DNA of 63,681 nucleotides, the filler included. It is 15 parts of 15 records of this genome, joined end to end, with 100 filler letters (N's around TTAATTAATTAA, not from the genome) between each part and the next. Parts side by side here need not be neighbours in the genome. Positions count along the whole stretch, not along the records: positions 1 to 3,378 come from SRR15195285_11885; positions 3,479 to 7,832 come from SRR15195285_11891; positions 7,933 to 11,612 come from SRR15195285_11906; positions 11,713 to 15,165 come from SRR15195285_11916; 11 more parts are not named here. One strand, 5' to 3'. Positions 1-12,295 of this stretch are shown here, piece after piece. The notes under the pieces are model-generated. The model had not been told where the DNA came from, ran no database searches, and was given only the letters and a program-made list of their open reading frames with translations. Made by a program: the position numbers and the translations under genes. Within the stretch, counting starts at the first letter, position 1. Every line of letters begins with the position of its first letter.

Positions 1-244
1 GGTACTAGTATCACACTCCAATTCCAACCCTCACGGATTCCGGAATAATGCCCGGGTTTAGAGGTTGTGGTCGGGAATCTCGTGGCCGTTGGCGGCTCCG
101 CGGATCGATTCGGTCACCGACGTTGCGCGGAAGATCGCGCAGCCTGAGGTGTCTGCTGTCTGCGATGTGCACGGGCGCCCAGCCGCATTAAATAGAGCAC
201 GCAGGACGAGCACTGTGGTTGGACCACCCCGCTGGTGCGAGTGG

Positions 245-1858
245 ATGGATACGCTGCTGCTGGATGCGCCGGTGGGCGGCTGGGCGGGCGGCTGGGGCAC
301 GCTCAGTGAGGTGGTGGCGAGCCCGTGCACGCAGTCGCCGCCGCAGCCGACGGGTGAGGAGGGCGAGCTGGGTGACAGTCCGCAGGCTGCGACGCACTTG
401 CTGAGGCTCAGCGAGGGGTTCGTGGCCGGCGATAGTCCGAAAGTTAGCCCAGCTCCACACGCCCACAAGGCGAATCGCAAAGTCATGCGCGCCAAGCTGA
501 AGCCCCTGGCCGAAACCTCACCAGCACAGCTTAACCGGCGACTCAAGCTGGGAACCGTCAGCCGAAGTGAGCTAGAGCACGACCGGAAGCAGTGCGACCA
601 CTGCGACAACAAGGTAGAGATACATCCGACCGAAGAGAAATATCAAGGCGCGGTGGAGAACGCACCCTCCTTGAGTGAACAGGCCACACCTGAAAAGCAG
701 TCGCGGGAGAGAGACGAGGACAATCACATGCCGGATCAGCCGCACTCGAAAGCAGAGCAGACGATGCAGTCACCATCCCTACCCTCTACGCACGTGGATG
801 AATGCACAAAAGCTTCACAGCGACCAGGAACTGCAGGAAGTATCAGAGAGTTCAGCATTCCCATTGACAGCACTCCCTGGTCAATCGACAGTGCAGAGCT
901 GGCAAACGGTGCAGTCAGCGAAGAGCAGATCTACGAACACCCTGGTGGTGGCCCACGACGATCGCGCGGCAGAGCCGCTCCGCGTACTCCATCGGCAACA
1001 TCCACAGCACCAGAATTCAGGCTGGATGGCTGCACGCCACCAGAACATGGCGCTTCCCCGTCTGTCCTGGTCAGTCCAGATTCCACAAGCAACAATGGGT
1101 CTGCAAAGCAGACTCGTCGGCGTGTAGCAAGTGCAGGTCGGACTTCGGTCCTATCAAGACCGGCGTCACGCGGTTCATCGCTGCAGAGCCCAGCTGGTCT
1201 GGCTAGTGCCGCGGTAGAATCTGCTCTTGGACGGTTGGAAGTCCAACGTCCCAACTCACGTGAAGCTGTCGCTGTGGCACGCGAGGTGCGGAGCGAGATG
1301 AACCGGTGGCTGAGAAATGTCGACCCAAAAGTCCCTCATCACCAGCTGCAGGCTCGCGCACGGTCGCGAGTCCCCGTGGTCCAGTCGATTGACTGCAGTC
1401 CCTTATCGTCGACGGCGCCAAAGCAAGCAGCTGGTTGGGTTCCCTACGAGCAACGGACAGAAGGTGCAAGCGTCGAGCGTAGCCGGCGATCGCTCACGCC
1501 CTCTAGTTATCCGTCGCTCAGCGCGGCTCGCGCCCGTCAACGAGAGCAGGGCGCGGAAGCCTTAGGGGCTGCGCTTGGTCCAGCTCGCCGCACCACTCGA
1601 TCTGCGCAGTCAGATGCTCGTCATAGTGTCTCTCTGCCTAACATAGGCGGCTTGAGAAGGGGCCAGGTATCGCAGGCAGCTGCCGAGTTTCAGCGCAAGA
1701 CTAGTCGTGCAATCCCTGTGCATGACCGTCCGCAGTGGGGACGTGCCCAGCATCAACAGCCAAAAAAGGTACCAGGGCGACTGCGCCGTGCCACAGCACC
1801 ATGGGCAGGGCTGTCTGCGGTCCCAACTGTCGGCGCAGTGATGTCTGCCATGCGCTGA
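245..1858 (+). CDS. Hypothetical low-complexity (S/P/R/A-rich, probably disordered) protein
   Basis: Open frame 65-1858, first in-frame ATG at 245; no recognisable domain; stop converges with the next gene. Confidence 0.5.
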   Translation: MDTLLLDAPVGGWAGGWGTLSEVVASPCTQSPPQPTGEEGELGDSPQAATHLLRLSEGFVAGDSPKVSPAPHAHKANRKVMRAKLKPLAETSPAQLNRRLKLGTVSRSELEHDRKQCDHCDNKVEIHPTEEKYQGAVENAPSLSEQATPEKQSRERDEDNHMPDQPHSKAEQTMQSPSLPSTHVDECTKASQRPGTAGSIREFSIPIDSTPWSIDSAELANGAVSEEQIYEHPGGGPRRSRGRAAPRTPSATSTAPEFRLDGCTPPEHGASPSVLVSPDSTSNNGSAKQTRRRVASAGRTSVLSRPASRGSSLQSPAGLASAAVESALGRLEVQRPNSREAVAVAREVRSEMNRWLRNVDPKVPHHQLQARARSRVPVVQSIDCSPLSSTAPKQAAGWVPYEQRTEGASVERSRRSLTPSSYPSLSAARARQREQGAEALGAALGPARRTTRSAQSDARHSVSLPNIGGLRRGQVSQAAAEFQRKTSRAIPVHDRPQWGRAQHQQPKKVPGRLRRATAPWAGLSAVPTVGAVMSAMR

Positions 1859-2021
1859 GCACAGCACCATTGCTGTGTGTTGGCACCATCTTAGATAGAG
1901 GTGGCCGGGCATGGGCAGGTCGTATGCGCATGCTCCAATGCTGCGATGGCGCGTGCGTATGCATGTCCGTACTGGAGAGATCTACAAGAGAGACACTGTA
2001 CACTGCCAATCAATTCAGAAT

Positions 2022-3378
2022 TCAGCGCTTGTGCTTTGAGCGGCGCGATGACTGTCTCGCTTGCTCCATCGGGCCTCCCGGAGAGGCAACATAGATCTTT
2101 CCGTTGAGCCGAATTGCATCCTGCATCTCGAACCCCTCGACATCATCCTGATCCAGCGCTGACGCTTCTGGGTCGATCTTCTTCTTCTTCTTCTTACGCT
2201 GGTATAGTCCTCCAAGCACCGCCAACATAGGCCATGCAATCACCATCGCCTGCACATACGGATCTGCTTTCAGCTTCGGGACATTCTCGACTGATGCATC
2301 CAAATGCGCGCCGCCATAAAAGTTGCCCAGGACGATTGCATCGAAGCCAATGATTACGAGCAGTGCGCCGAGAAGCGAGGTCGCGAAGATGGTCAGAGAC
2401 CGATCACGTTTGACTGCAACCAATGCTCCAACCATTGCCCCGATGGCGATGCAGAGCCAGTACATACCATCACGATTCGCCGTCCCGTCCCCTAGGCTGT
2501 ACGTATGAAAGTAGATTAGGTACGACACGTATCCGAGAGCACCTCCGCAGGCACCGCCGATCGTCATGTAGGCCAACTTCAGCAGCCACAGGGCCAGCAG
2601 CCCGCCCATCGTCGCACAAAACAGCGTCGCAATTAAGAGGTACTGACAGCAGTTAGGGCACACTGTAGCATCCAAGCCATTGACCACGGCGACAACGATA
2701 GAGAACCCTGCCAGTGCTGAGCCACCCGCAGAAACGAACCCTATCATGAACAGGACCTGCAAGGAAACGACGAAACGCGTCAAGCAGGAGGCACGTCACA
2801 CAAGCACAGGAACACAGGGATGACGGACCGTTTTGAAGAAACGCGCACTGCGATCACACACGCACGTACATGCCACCATCAGCGCTCGAGCATTTGACAG
2901 AGCAGCAGCGGCGGCTTAGCAGCAGCACGAGATGCCAGGGCGACGCCACGCACCCAAAAAATAGGAACAGCACACCGACAGCAAAGTAGCCAAGGCCCAT
3001 CACGGTGCCTTTTGCCACACGATGGCTGTCCTCAGTCTCCGCCTCCAGCACTTCCTCCTCACTTTGCAACTCCGCTGACTTAGAAGACCAGCTTGCCCCG
3101 AGGTACTCGACAAAGCAACCGGTCCGATTGCCGAAGTCGATCTCGGTTGCGTTTCCAGTATCTGGTAGAAAGCTTTCAGTATCACTGGTGTCCGAGGATA
3201 GAGTGTTGAGCCCGTCTTCAGCAGCATTGACGTCATCATTCAGATGGTTGACTGTATCAACCGTGTCGTGAAACGCATTCACATCGTTGGCAAGGTCGTC
3301 CCCCAAGACATCTGGAGCTGAGGGAGGACCAGGAGAGGGGGGAAGCGACGGCGACGGCGGCGGCGGCGGCGGCGGCGG
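2022..3378 (-). CDS. Multi-pass membrane protein, TMEM198/TM7S3 (DUF4203)-like; 5'-truncated; spliced
   Basis: Removing introns 2848-2953 and 2757-2828 (around a 19-nt micro-exon, 2829-2847) gives FLFFG-ARFFKT-VLFMIGF, then Gly-rich TM helices (GGLLALW, IFATSLLGALLVIIGFD, GGLYQ) typical of the family. Confidence 0.7.
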
Positions 3379-3478
3379 NNNNNNNNNNNNNNNNNNNNNN
3401 NNNNNNNNNNNNNNNNNNNNNNTTAATTAATTAANNNNNNNNNNNNNNNNNNNNNNNNNNNNNNNNNNNNNNNNNNNN
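3379..3478. other. Artificial contig linker N44-TTAATTAATTAA-N44 (first of 14)
   Basis: Identical 100-nt spacers with stops in all frames at 3379, 7833, 11613, 15166, 19412, 24122, 27246, 33159, 37476, 42149, 45337, 51481, 54946 and 58617. Confidence 0.98.
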
Positions 3479-3569
3479 CCTCCTCCGCCGCCGCCGCCGC
3501 CGCCGCCGAGCAGTACATGAATGGCAACACATAACGATTGTATTATCACTACCACTACCACTACCACTA

Positions 3570-6500
3570 TCAACTTGTTCTCCCTGTTGACACACTCGTC
3601 ATCGACCCAAACGAGTCGTCTCTCATGCTCTCGCTCCGACCACGTCTGCCGACGGGCAACGAGGAGTCCAAAGAGCCCGTGTCAATCCCACGGTCTGGTC
3701 CCGGCTCTGATTGCCTGAATGCCGGGCGCTCCGCTGCAAGGCTGCCAAAGGACTCCAACGTGGGCGCAGCATCCCTTGGCTTAAAGCTGCTGCCGCTGCC
3801 ATACACGCTGCCTGTGCTGCGCTGCTGATGTTCTCGAAATTGCTGCTGCTGTTGCTGCTGCTGCTGCTCGACTAGCGCGTCTGTAGTCGGTCCTACCCCC
3901 GCGTGCTGCTCCAGCGCTCCACTGTCGACGTCGTGCCCTCTCAATGGCTGAGACAGGCCAGCGTTCACCACCGGTGGCCCGCCAGCCGTCGAGGAGAACG
4001 ATACACTCTTACGAGTTTCAGAGGAGGTCATGAGGGCATTCTCCCACGCGGCTCTGAGAAGCACCGCGCCTGCATTTCGAAGGCATTTGACAAGGAAGAG
4101 CAGCAGGCAGCCATAGAGAGAGTAGTTGTAGTCATGCTTCCAAATGAAAGTTGGATGGCGCTCTCTCGGAAGATATCTGCAGGTTGGAGCGGCAAACGTC
4201 CATCAAGATAATGGTTCAATGGAGATGTCTCGAGCAAACTGCGCGACGAAGGGTTTCGCGAAATAACAACACTCACGTGTTCGAGTCCAGATCGATGTAA
4301 AGCGCTAGTGCCGTGACTGCAAGCATCGACGCAAGATTCCTGCCACAGAAAGAAAACAAAGCTTAGAAGCGCCCCTGAAAGTCACCAATAGTCACTGCCG
4401 GACGTACCACATCGTCTGGTGGTGGGTAAGATTGAGCTCAGGGAAAGTCAGGTCCGCACAACCGACGACTGGTGCAATGAGGACGGTGAGTGCCGTGCCG
4501 GGAGTGAAGAACAAGATGACAGAAGGATAGTGCATCTTGCCGATGCCATACCCGTCTTGAGGAACAAGCACAGCCGCGGTCACCGCAACCAAGGAGAAAA
4601 ACAAGTCGAGCATGAGCATGCAACCCATCGCCAAACGTGCCCCAAGTAGTGCATCTGCCCTGGGTTGACAGATGTTGTTGCGGAGTCCAAGCAGTGTTAC
4701 AGCAAGGAATTGGATCCGAGCGGGGAGTGGCATCTCTCGCAAATCGTCCTCAGTGATGACCTGACCGGAGTACCGCTGCATTCGAAGTTCTTCAGACACA
4801 TCACCGCTGAGCTGATCGCTGGAGTTCTCACGCCATGTCTTCATGCGGGCAAGCAGACCAAGGCGCCGGTCACCACCCACAGTCAGCAACCGCAGCTCAA
4901 ACTGCACAGTAGAGTCCCGCGACTTGTGTGATCGATCAAGCACAGAGAGCACATCTACCAACGATGTGTCCAGAACGATCGCATCAGGACCCAATTTGCC
5001 AATGGTCTCGTTGAGCTCCGAGGCGAATGACGGTGGCGCCATTTTGACAACACTGCGGACAAGAGCGTCGGACGTGTTGAGATTGAACGGTGAAAACCAC
5101 TGACCATTGCCTTCGAAGAGTATCATCTTCGGCAGCAAGGGTTTTGCGCGCTCGGAACTAGACAATGAGCGCTGGTTATAGATGACAATATCGAGATACG
5201 CCATCGTTGCGTTACTACTGTATCCAAGCTTAACACGCTCCGCGGCTCGGCCTGTATCCCGTTCAGTCTGCAAAAAAATGTCATCCAGGCGATTGATCCT
5301 CGGCTCTTGGCCTTCCAGCGTCGGCAGGGCCGCTGAAACTATATAAGCCGAGAGTATCTCGAGCTTTTTCTGTCGTACAATCCTGCTATACGAAGATGCC
5401 AGCGGGTAGCAGACAAAGGCTAGCATCGCGTAGAGGAGCTTCTCTGCTGTCGACCACTGTACCAGCTCTGAAACCAGCTGCACTAGTTCCTGATACTTGC
5501 TCACATTCACTAGATCAGCAAGAGTTTCAGGTGGATCCTTCGGTAGCGCCCATGGTTGGCCGGGAGAGTTTTCACCTTGCAGGTACACTCGCGAGTGCAG
5601 GTACGGCAGGTCCGCAGCCTTTAGCTTACCGTCATCGGACGCTGACACTGAGCTGGCGCTCGTAAGCCATCCACCGCCGCTATCTGTATCCGCGTCCGAT
5701 TCTGGTTCGCGTCGGGCGCGGCGGTCATTCCAACCGAGCTTATCTCGCATAATTTCAGTAAATGTAGCACCTACATTGGAGCTGCGTCTGCTGCGGATGT
5801 CGCTGAACGACAGATGGCCGTCGGTTGAGAGAGATGAGTAGTTGCTGCCGATGCTACCAGTAGATGTCCGAGTGGTGACGGCATCCTCATCTTCTTGTAG
5901 GACAAACTGCAGCACCGCGCGCGCCGCGGTAAACAGTAGTACCGGGCCCAGCACAGTGCACAGCCAGAGGATCGTGTGCTTGAACGTGAAGGACCATGGG
6001 TTTAAGCACATCGGGATGATCGTTCCTGGTCGACATTTGTATGGACAGCTCGAATTTGTCTGCCCAAACACAGTGTAAACAGCATCAGAGTAGCTGTGAC
6101 CATCATCCCTAAGGCTTGGCGCATTAGTGCAGATATCACAAAGCTGTTCCATCGTCGGTCCAGATGAAGAGCACGTAGACGCTCTGTGTTTTGTGGTGTT
6201 TGACTTAAAGCGCCCCAGAGGACAAGCTCGGCAGAGGCAGCCATCATAGCCTGCGGGACAATTGGGCGCGGTAAGTTCACCACGGCCGCCGTTGTGATTG
6301 AGCGGCTGAAATGGATACACGGAAACGTCTACCGCGCTGCGCCCATCAGCTGCTTGAGTACTGTGCGAGTGACCGCCCCTTCCTCCGTCCAGCAAAACTT
6401 TCCCAGATTGCGCTCCACCGCCAGAGTTCACAAAATCCCTAGCAGCAGCAGCCGGATTGCTGCCTTGCCAGTCAAACCAAACGACTCCGCCTCCTCCGCC

Positions 6501-7832
6501 TCCGCCTCCTCCGCCACCATCGCCTTTGACAGGGTCTGATTCCTGCACATCGGGCTGTGACACCGAGCCACCTTTGCCACCGCGTGCATCAATGACTCCA
6601 TTGCCGTGAAGGTACTGTGTCGAGATCACCACCGTCCCACCGCTACCGCCACCTGCAGTGGTTTTTGGACTGGCATCGGCGCCGCTTACATCGATGTTTG
6701 GAGAATAACCTGATATTTTCGGGTTCGGCTGTGAGCTTTGTAAGATCAGATCCCTTGCCCGTATCGCGATGATTCCTCCCCCAGCTCCACCACCACCATC
6801 TCCTCCGCCTCCGCCACTGCCGACATGGTCCGGGAGGTGTGCAGCAGTTGCATTCACGTCGTAGACGATACCTCCGCCCGAATACTCAGTCTTGTTGAGG
6901 CTGGGATTAGTCGGATCATGCCACACACCTTGTCCGCCCACTCCTCCATGTCCTGCTCCACCAGCAGGGTGATTGCCTGTCTGCGGTGTTGTGCCCTTGC
7001 CCAATCCAGAGTCTTGACCGGGACCACCGCCTTTAGTGTTTAATTTACCAGAAATTTTGACGCTGTTTATCACTGACTTAGCGTGACGCGGACAGACCAA
7101 AATGGAGCCACCAAAAATCTGCCCTGAGTCCCCGACATTCAGCCGGTTGGCACCAATGAAGATGTTCACGGTTTGATTTGCGTAGGTCTGACCGGAGCAC
7201 GTGACTGGATACTGTGCAGTTGGATCCGACACTGCGCCACCTGTCACTGAGCCTTCCAGCTCGATGTGTTCGGCGGTGATATTGAGAAACCCGTATGCAG
7301 CTGCAACGATCCTTGCATCCTGCCCGACATCAATCTTGCAATGACGGCCTTTGCATGCAAGATTGACATTCTCACTGCTACGGATGTAGCCGCCAATATC
7401 CATAGAAACAGTGGCATTGATGCTCACTGACTCTTTGCTTGAGACAATAGTAGCCGAGCGGTCTACAAGGCTCAGCGTGCCACATGAAACTCGCATTGGT
7501 GACGCAGAGAGCTGAGCTGCTCCGTTGAGTGAAATATCTTGCACTCGCAAGTCAATTGCGTTGTTTGGATCAGTGCTCGAATCATCCGTCCACGATACTT
7601 GAGACCTAATCAGCTGCATGGTCTTCAGCCGTAGCAGCCTCAGAAACTCACGATCGATCAAAACCTGAGAATTGTACCGTGCATAAATGCTAGAAACCTG
7701 ATGCGGATGCACCCCAATCGTATGCATCCCGCCACCTACTGCAGTAAGTTCACCGAGTCCCTGTTCCGCTCCGTCGATAGCAAGAATAGCGCTGTCGCCC
7801 TTCAAGTTCAAAAATTTGGTTCCCGCTGCACC
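3570..7832 (-). CDS. Large Gly-rich membrane protein of the plant At5g11700/At4g32920-like family (so-called ephrin type-B receptor-like); 5'-truncated; 3' exons spliced
   Basis: 1139-aa ORF with GAGHGGxGG, GSGGG and GGGSGG motifs, a Cys-rich CPAGYDGCLCRACPLGRFK...CPYKC module, a TM helix, then HSRVYLQGENSPGQPWALP and further TM helices. Exact 3' exon structure (3570-4459) not resolved. Confidence 0.65.
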
Positions 7833-8440
7833 NNNNNNNNNNNNNNNNNNNNNNNNNNNNNNNNNNNNNNNNNNNNTTAATTAATTAANNNNNNNNNNNN
7901 NNNNNNNNNNNNNNNNNNNNNNNNNNNNNNNNACAATCGGATATATCAATAGGATTTCGAAGAAGAGGAGTTACGCTCCATCGCAGACATCTCCAACAAT
8001 ACCGTATTCGACAAATATGGTCACACATACTCTACGTGTCGGGGCTGCCGACGGAGCTGCAGGCGTACGTGATAAGCGTTCATAGACAGACTGGCCAACC
8101 AAGCGGAACCTCTCGCTCCGGGCGCCACGCGGCCGGCCGTTCCGCAATGTCCCTCACCCAACTAGTAGCAGGTGGGTGCAGAGACTGAGCGCAGACTGCC
8201 CAATCTGGGCACTGTAATCTCTAGAGGTTCAGGGCTTCAGGACTGATCGACTGCATGCGCACGTCCGCACGCACGAGGCTGCATGGGTACCCACGAGCGA
8301 CTACGTGTGCCCACGGCATACGCACCGCGTAGTACATCCTCGCTCGCTGTGTCCGCGTCGAGCGATGCGCGCTTGGCTGGAGGGTTGAAGTTGGGTGATT
8401 GCTGTAGGGCAGACCTGGGGGCGCGTGGGATTGGGTTGAT

Positions 8441-11400
8441 ATGCCACGTTACAGCTGGGAGCCGGTGGCTGGTGGATCGGAGCTCGGCGCGCCGTTGCTC
8501 GGTGCGGCAGAGCCTGTCGGGAAGGCTCGCGCAGAGCTCAGTGATGGCCAGCAGTTCGGCCGCGAGTCGGCACAGAAACTAGCGGAGGCAAGCGTCAAGG
8601 ATTGTCCTTCCAACGAGATCGAGTGGCCGCAGTATGAGATCCTCGGGGCACGTGGCTGCTGCAGCTTCTTTGTCAAGTTTCACCGCTACATCTGGTTCCT
8701 GTGGTTTGACCCGCTGATGAAACTGGGCGCAGAGACACACTTAGAATTCTCGCATATCTGGAAGCTAGCGCCGCGGGACGAATGCAAAAAGGTCTATCGC
8801 GATTTAGCGCCGCTGTGGCAGCAGGAAAAGGCCCGTGCGGCCGAGGCGGGTGAAAGCCCGAGCTTCTTGCGCGCGTGCGCCAACTACTGCAAGTTCTACT
8901 GGGCCGTCGCCTTCGTGCTTCGCTTCTTTGCTGAAATGACCAACTTCATCCGGCCTCTTTGCATGCAGCAAGTCCTGCTCACGTTGCAGCTGTTGAGGAC
9001 CCCAGAGGCTGAGCGCACGCAGACGCAGAAGGATGAGCTCTGGTTCTCGCCCGATCACGTCTGGCTGCTTGCGTTCGCGATGTTCGCGAGCGCCATGACG
9101 TGGACGTTCTGCAACGTGCATTACAATCAGTGGGTGATGACGCACGCGATGCGGCTCCGCTCTGCGGTGATCTGCTGCCTGTACGAGAAGACCATGCGGC
9201 TGTCGCCTGGCGCGAAAGCAGCTTACACGTCGGGAAAAATTTCCAATTTGATGTCCAACGACGCGGATAAGATGCAGCAGTTCATGAATCAGAGTCCGTG
9301 GCTTGTGATGATCCCTATCAACATATTCACTGCGCTATTCTTGATTATCCGACTCCTAGGCGTGGCCGGCCTATTTGGGGCTGCAACTATGATCTTGCTT
9401 ATGCCCATCACTACCGGAATTGTACAAGCCCTGAGCAAGTGGAGGAAGAAGGTCCTTTTTTTCAGCGACAGTCGGATGAAGTACACTTTGGAAGTGATAT
9501 CAGGCGTGCGGATTGTCAAACTGATGGGGTGGGAAGCTCCGTTCGCGGCGAAGATCAGTCGCATCCGCAACCAAGAGCTCGGAGTATATAAGAAGATGGC
9601 GGTCTTGCAGGCGATGAACTTTAGTCTTTCCACTATGGCGACCGTTCTCATCTGCTTCGTCACTTTGCTCGCGTACGCACTAATTCCAGGCAATCCCGAG
9701 CTCACACCGGCGACTGCCTTTACAGCGCTTCAATTCCTTCGAGTTTTGCAACAACCACTGCAACAGTTTCCGAATATTGTGAATGCTGTTGTAATAGACG
9801 GCCGGACGGCGCTGTCTCGAATGGGCGCGTTCCTGAATGAAGATGATATTCAGCCGTACATCAAACGTGACGGCCTTCAGGGCCCGTTAGCGGTGCGGGC
9901 ACGTGGTGCTAGATTCGCCTGGTCTGCACCGGTCAAGCCAGTGTATGGTCAGCAATTTACCCGGGGCCCGAAGCCACAGCCATTCCTTCTCATCGTCGGG
10001 CTTGTGACTCTTCCTGTATGGCTTCCATTTTGGCTGCTTCGGGCTCTGTGGCGATGCACCTGCGGCTCCAATGATGAAGCCGAAGTCAGGGAAGGAGGAG
10101 ACATTCAGAGGAGCGAGGGCCCGCCGCCGGTGGTTCTCAAAGATATTAATCTGGAGGTGGAGAAATCATCGCTGTGCATACTCTTGGGTGCAGTCGGGTC
10201 TGGAAAGACGTCTCTGATCCATGCTCTGCTCGGTGAGCTGGAGCACCAGGATGGTGACGTCGAGGTGGCTGGCTCTGTGGCCTACACTGCACAAACGGCG
10301 TTCGTCATGAACGACACTGTCAAGAACAATATTTTATTTGGCTGTGAGTACGATGAGAGTCGCTATAATGAGGTGATTTTTGTCTGCTCACTCAAGTCTG
10401 ACCTCGAGCAGCTTCCGGCTGGCGACGGCACACAGATTGGAGAGGTACCTTGCCAAATTTGAATTTCCATCGTCTTTGTTGACTACTGCCGTGACGTGCT
10501 GTTTCGTGTGCTGACTACTTCCGCGGCTTGTGGTGCGTCCAGCGCGGAATCACTCTGTCCGGAGGACAAAAACAGCGGCTGGGTCTGGCAAGAGCGTGCT
10601 ACTCAAACAAAGACATCATTTTCCTCGACGATCCATTGTCTGCCGTAGACGCACACGTTGGTCACCATATTTTCAAACATTGCATTAGCAACTTTCTGAA
10701 GGACAAGACAGTCATCATGTCGTGCCACCAACTACAGTATGCTGCAACTGCAGATCAGTTGTTGCTGCTTGACGGCGAGACCATTAAAGAATGCTGGAGA
10801 GGTTCCTATAGCGATCTACTCGCTGCTGACCTCCATCTGTCGCAACTGATGCGGGAGTATGGCGCATCCGCAGTAGAGCTGGAGCCCGAGCCGGAGCCCG
10901 AGCCAAACTCATATGCAGAACCTGAACTAGATGCAGAAACGCAGAAACAACAGGATGCCAACGCGAGCGCTGAACGAGGTGCAAAGCAAGGAAAGAAAAA
11001 TGATGGTAAGACGATGACAACAGAAGAACGCGAGACTGGCCAAGTCAAGCTGGAGGTCTACAAGTCATATGCGATTGTCTTCGGTGCCTGTGCGTTCGGC
11101 ATGGTGTTCGTTTGGTTCTGCCTAGGTCAGCTATCTCAGGTCCTCACAGACTGGTGGATGGGCCGCTGGAGCAGCTCAGCAGAAGACCAGAGCGTCAACG
11201 ATCGATGGGTGATCGGATTTACTCGCCCGTGTGAGGAACATGAAAACGCGAGCGCAGACTGCTGGAACAAGCACCAACTTCTCTACTACTATATCGTAAT
11301 ATGGGCTGTTCTGAGCCTTGTTCAATCAGTGTTTGCGCCGATCAAAGCGCTAACAGTGCGGTGGAATGGGCTCCGTGCCTCGAAGAGAATGCATGAAACC

Positions 11401-11612
11401 ATGCTCGACAGACTTTTGCACGCTCCCGTTGCATTTTTTGATGTCACTCCGACCGGTCGGGTTGTCAACAGGTTCGCAGCCGACATCGATATGGCTGACA
11501 ACCAATTGGCAGGAGTTTTCACGCAAACTATGCAGCCACTATTCCAGCTTCTGTCCATCGTCTGGCTTGTGGAGATGGCAGTGCCATGGTTTTTGCTCTT
11601 CTATGTGCCCGT
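8441..11612 (+). CDS. ABC transporter subfamily C (MRP-like, short form without TMD0); 3'-truncated
   Basis: TMD1, Walker A GAVGSGKT; intron 10445-10542 joins IGE to RGITLSGGQKQR; Walker B IIFLDDPLSAVD; TMD2 motif FFDVTPTGRVVNRF. Confidence 0.93.
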
Positions 11613-11712
11613 NNNNNNNNNNNNNNNNNNNNNNNNNNNNNNNNNNNNNNNNNNNNTTAATTAATTAANNNNNNNNNNNNNNNNNNNNNNNNNNNNNNNN
11701 NNNNNNNNNNNN

Positions 11713-12229
11713 GGAGCCGGAGCCGGAGCCGGAGCCGGAACCCATGGTGGCGCCGCCAGAGCTGGGGGCCTCGTCCGACAGCAATGCCTTAATCCAGAGC
11801 ACTGAGGGCGGCGCCGCCACCGGCGAGGAGCAGCGGCCTGAGGCGGAGCCGCCCAGGCTGTCACGCGATGAGGAGCTCCTTGACACGGCGACGAAGATGT
11901 ACCGCCTCGGCTTCTGCTTCCTGTGCGTGCACCGCACCGCCCTGACTGCCCCCGCGCCTCGTGCCCCTCGCACGCACCTGACGCAGCGTCGTGTATGAGG
12001 GCGGCGTAGGCCACTCATGTGGGTAGTGTGCTTCGTCTACTGCCGGAAGCCCAAGGTGCCGGCGGAGGTGGAGCGGCTAGGTCGTCAGTCGATGATCAAT
12101 TTCTCAGTCGCGCTCGCGGCGCTGCTCGCCTGGTACATGTACTTCGCGATCATGTGGGAGCAGCTGGGGACATTCGGCGAGGCCATGATCGTCATCAATC
12201 CGAAGACCTACTGGTTTACGGAACGGTAA
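11713..12229 (+). CDS. PSENEN: Gamma-secretase subunit PEN-2 (presenilin enhancer 2) homolog
   Basis: Removing intron 11923-12009 gives RDEELLDTATKMYRLGFCFL-PLMWVVCFVY...RQSMINF...LLAWYMYF...LGTFGEAMIVINP, collinear with PEN-2 ([22 protein letters not shown]...RS...WGALGDYLSFTIP). Start is either ATG 11744 or lost in the gap. Confidence 0.82.
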
Positions 12230-12295
12230 ACGCCACGCCAATGTCAATAAGAGACCATGTATTCATCTTGCATTCATCCGCACGTCCACACTCCT

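Noticed and set aside
3423-3434. Recurrent TTAATTAATTAA palindrome, and ORFs running into X...LIN
   Set aside because: Artificial all-frame stop linker inside fixed 100-nt N spacers; not biological.
3349-3508. GGC/GCC tracts on both sides of the first gap as an inverted repeat
   Set aside because: Independent trinucleotide repeats that broke two unrelated contigs.
8106-8230. Possible MITE bounded by GAACCTCT...AGAGGTTC with an internal CACCCA/TGGGTG hairpin
   Set aside because: Only an 8-10 bp inverted repeat, no target-site duplication and a single copy in the window; kept only as part of the upstream-element finding.
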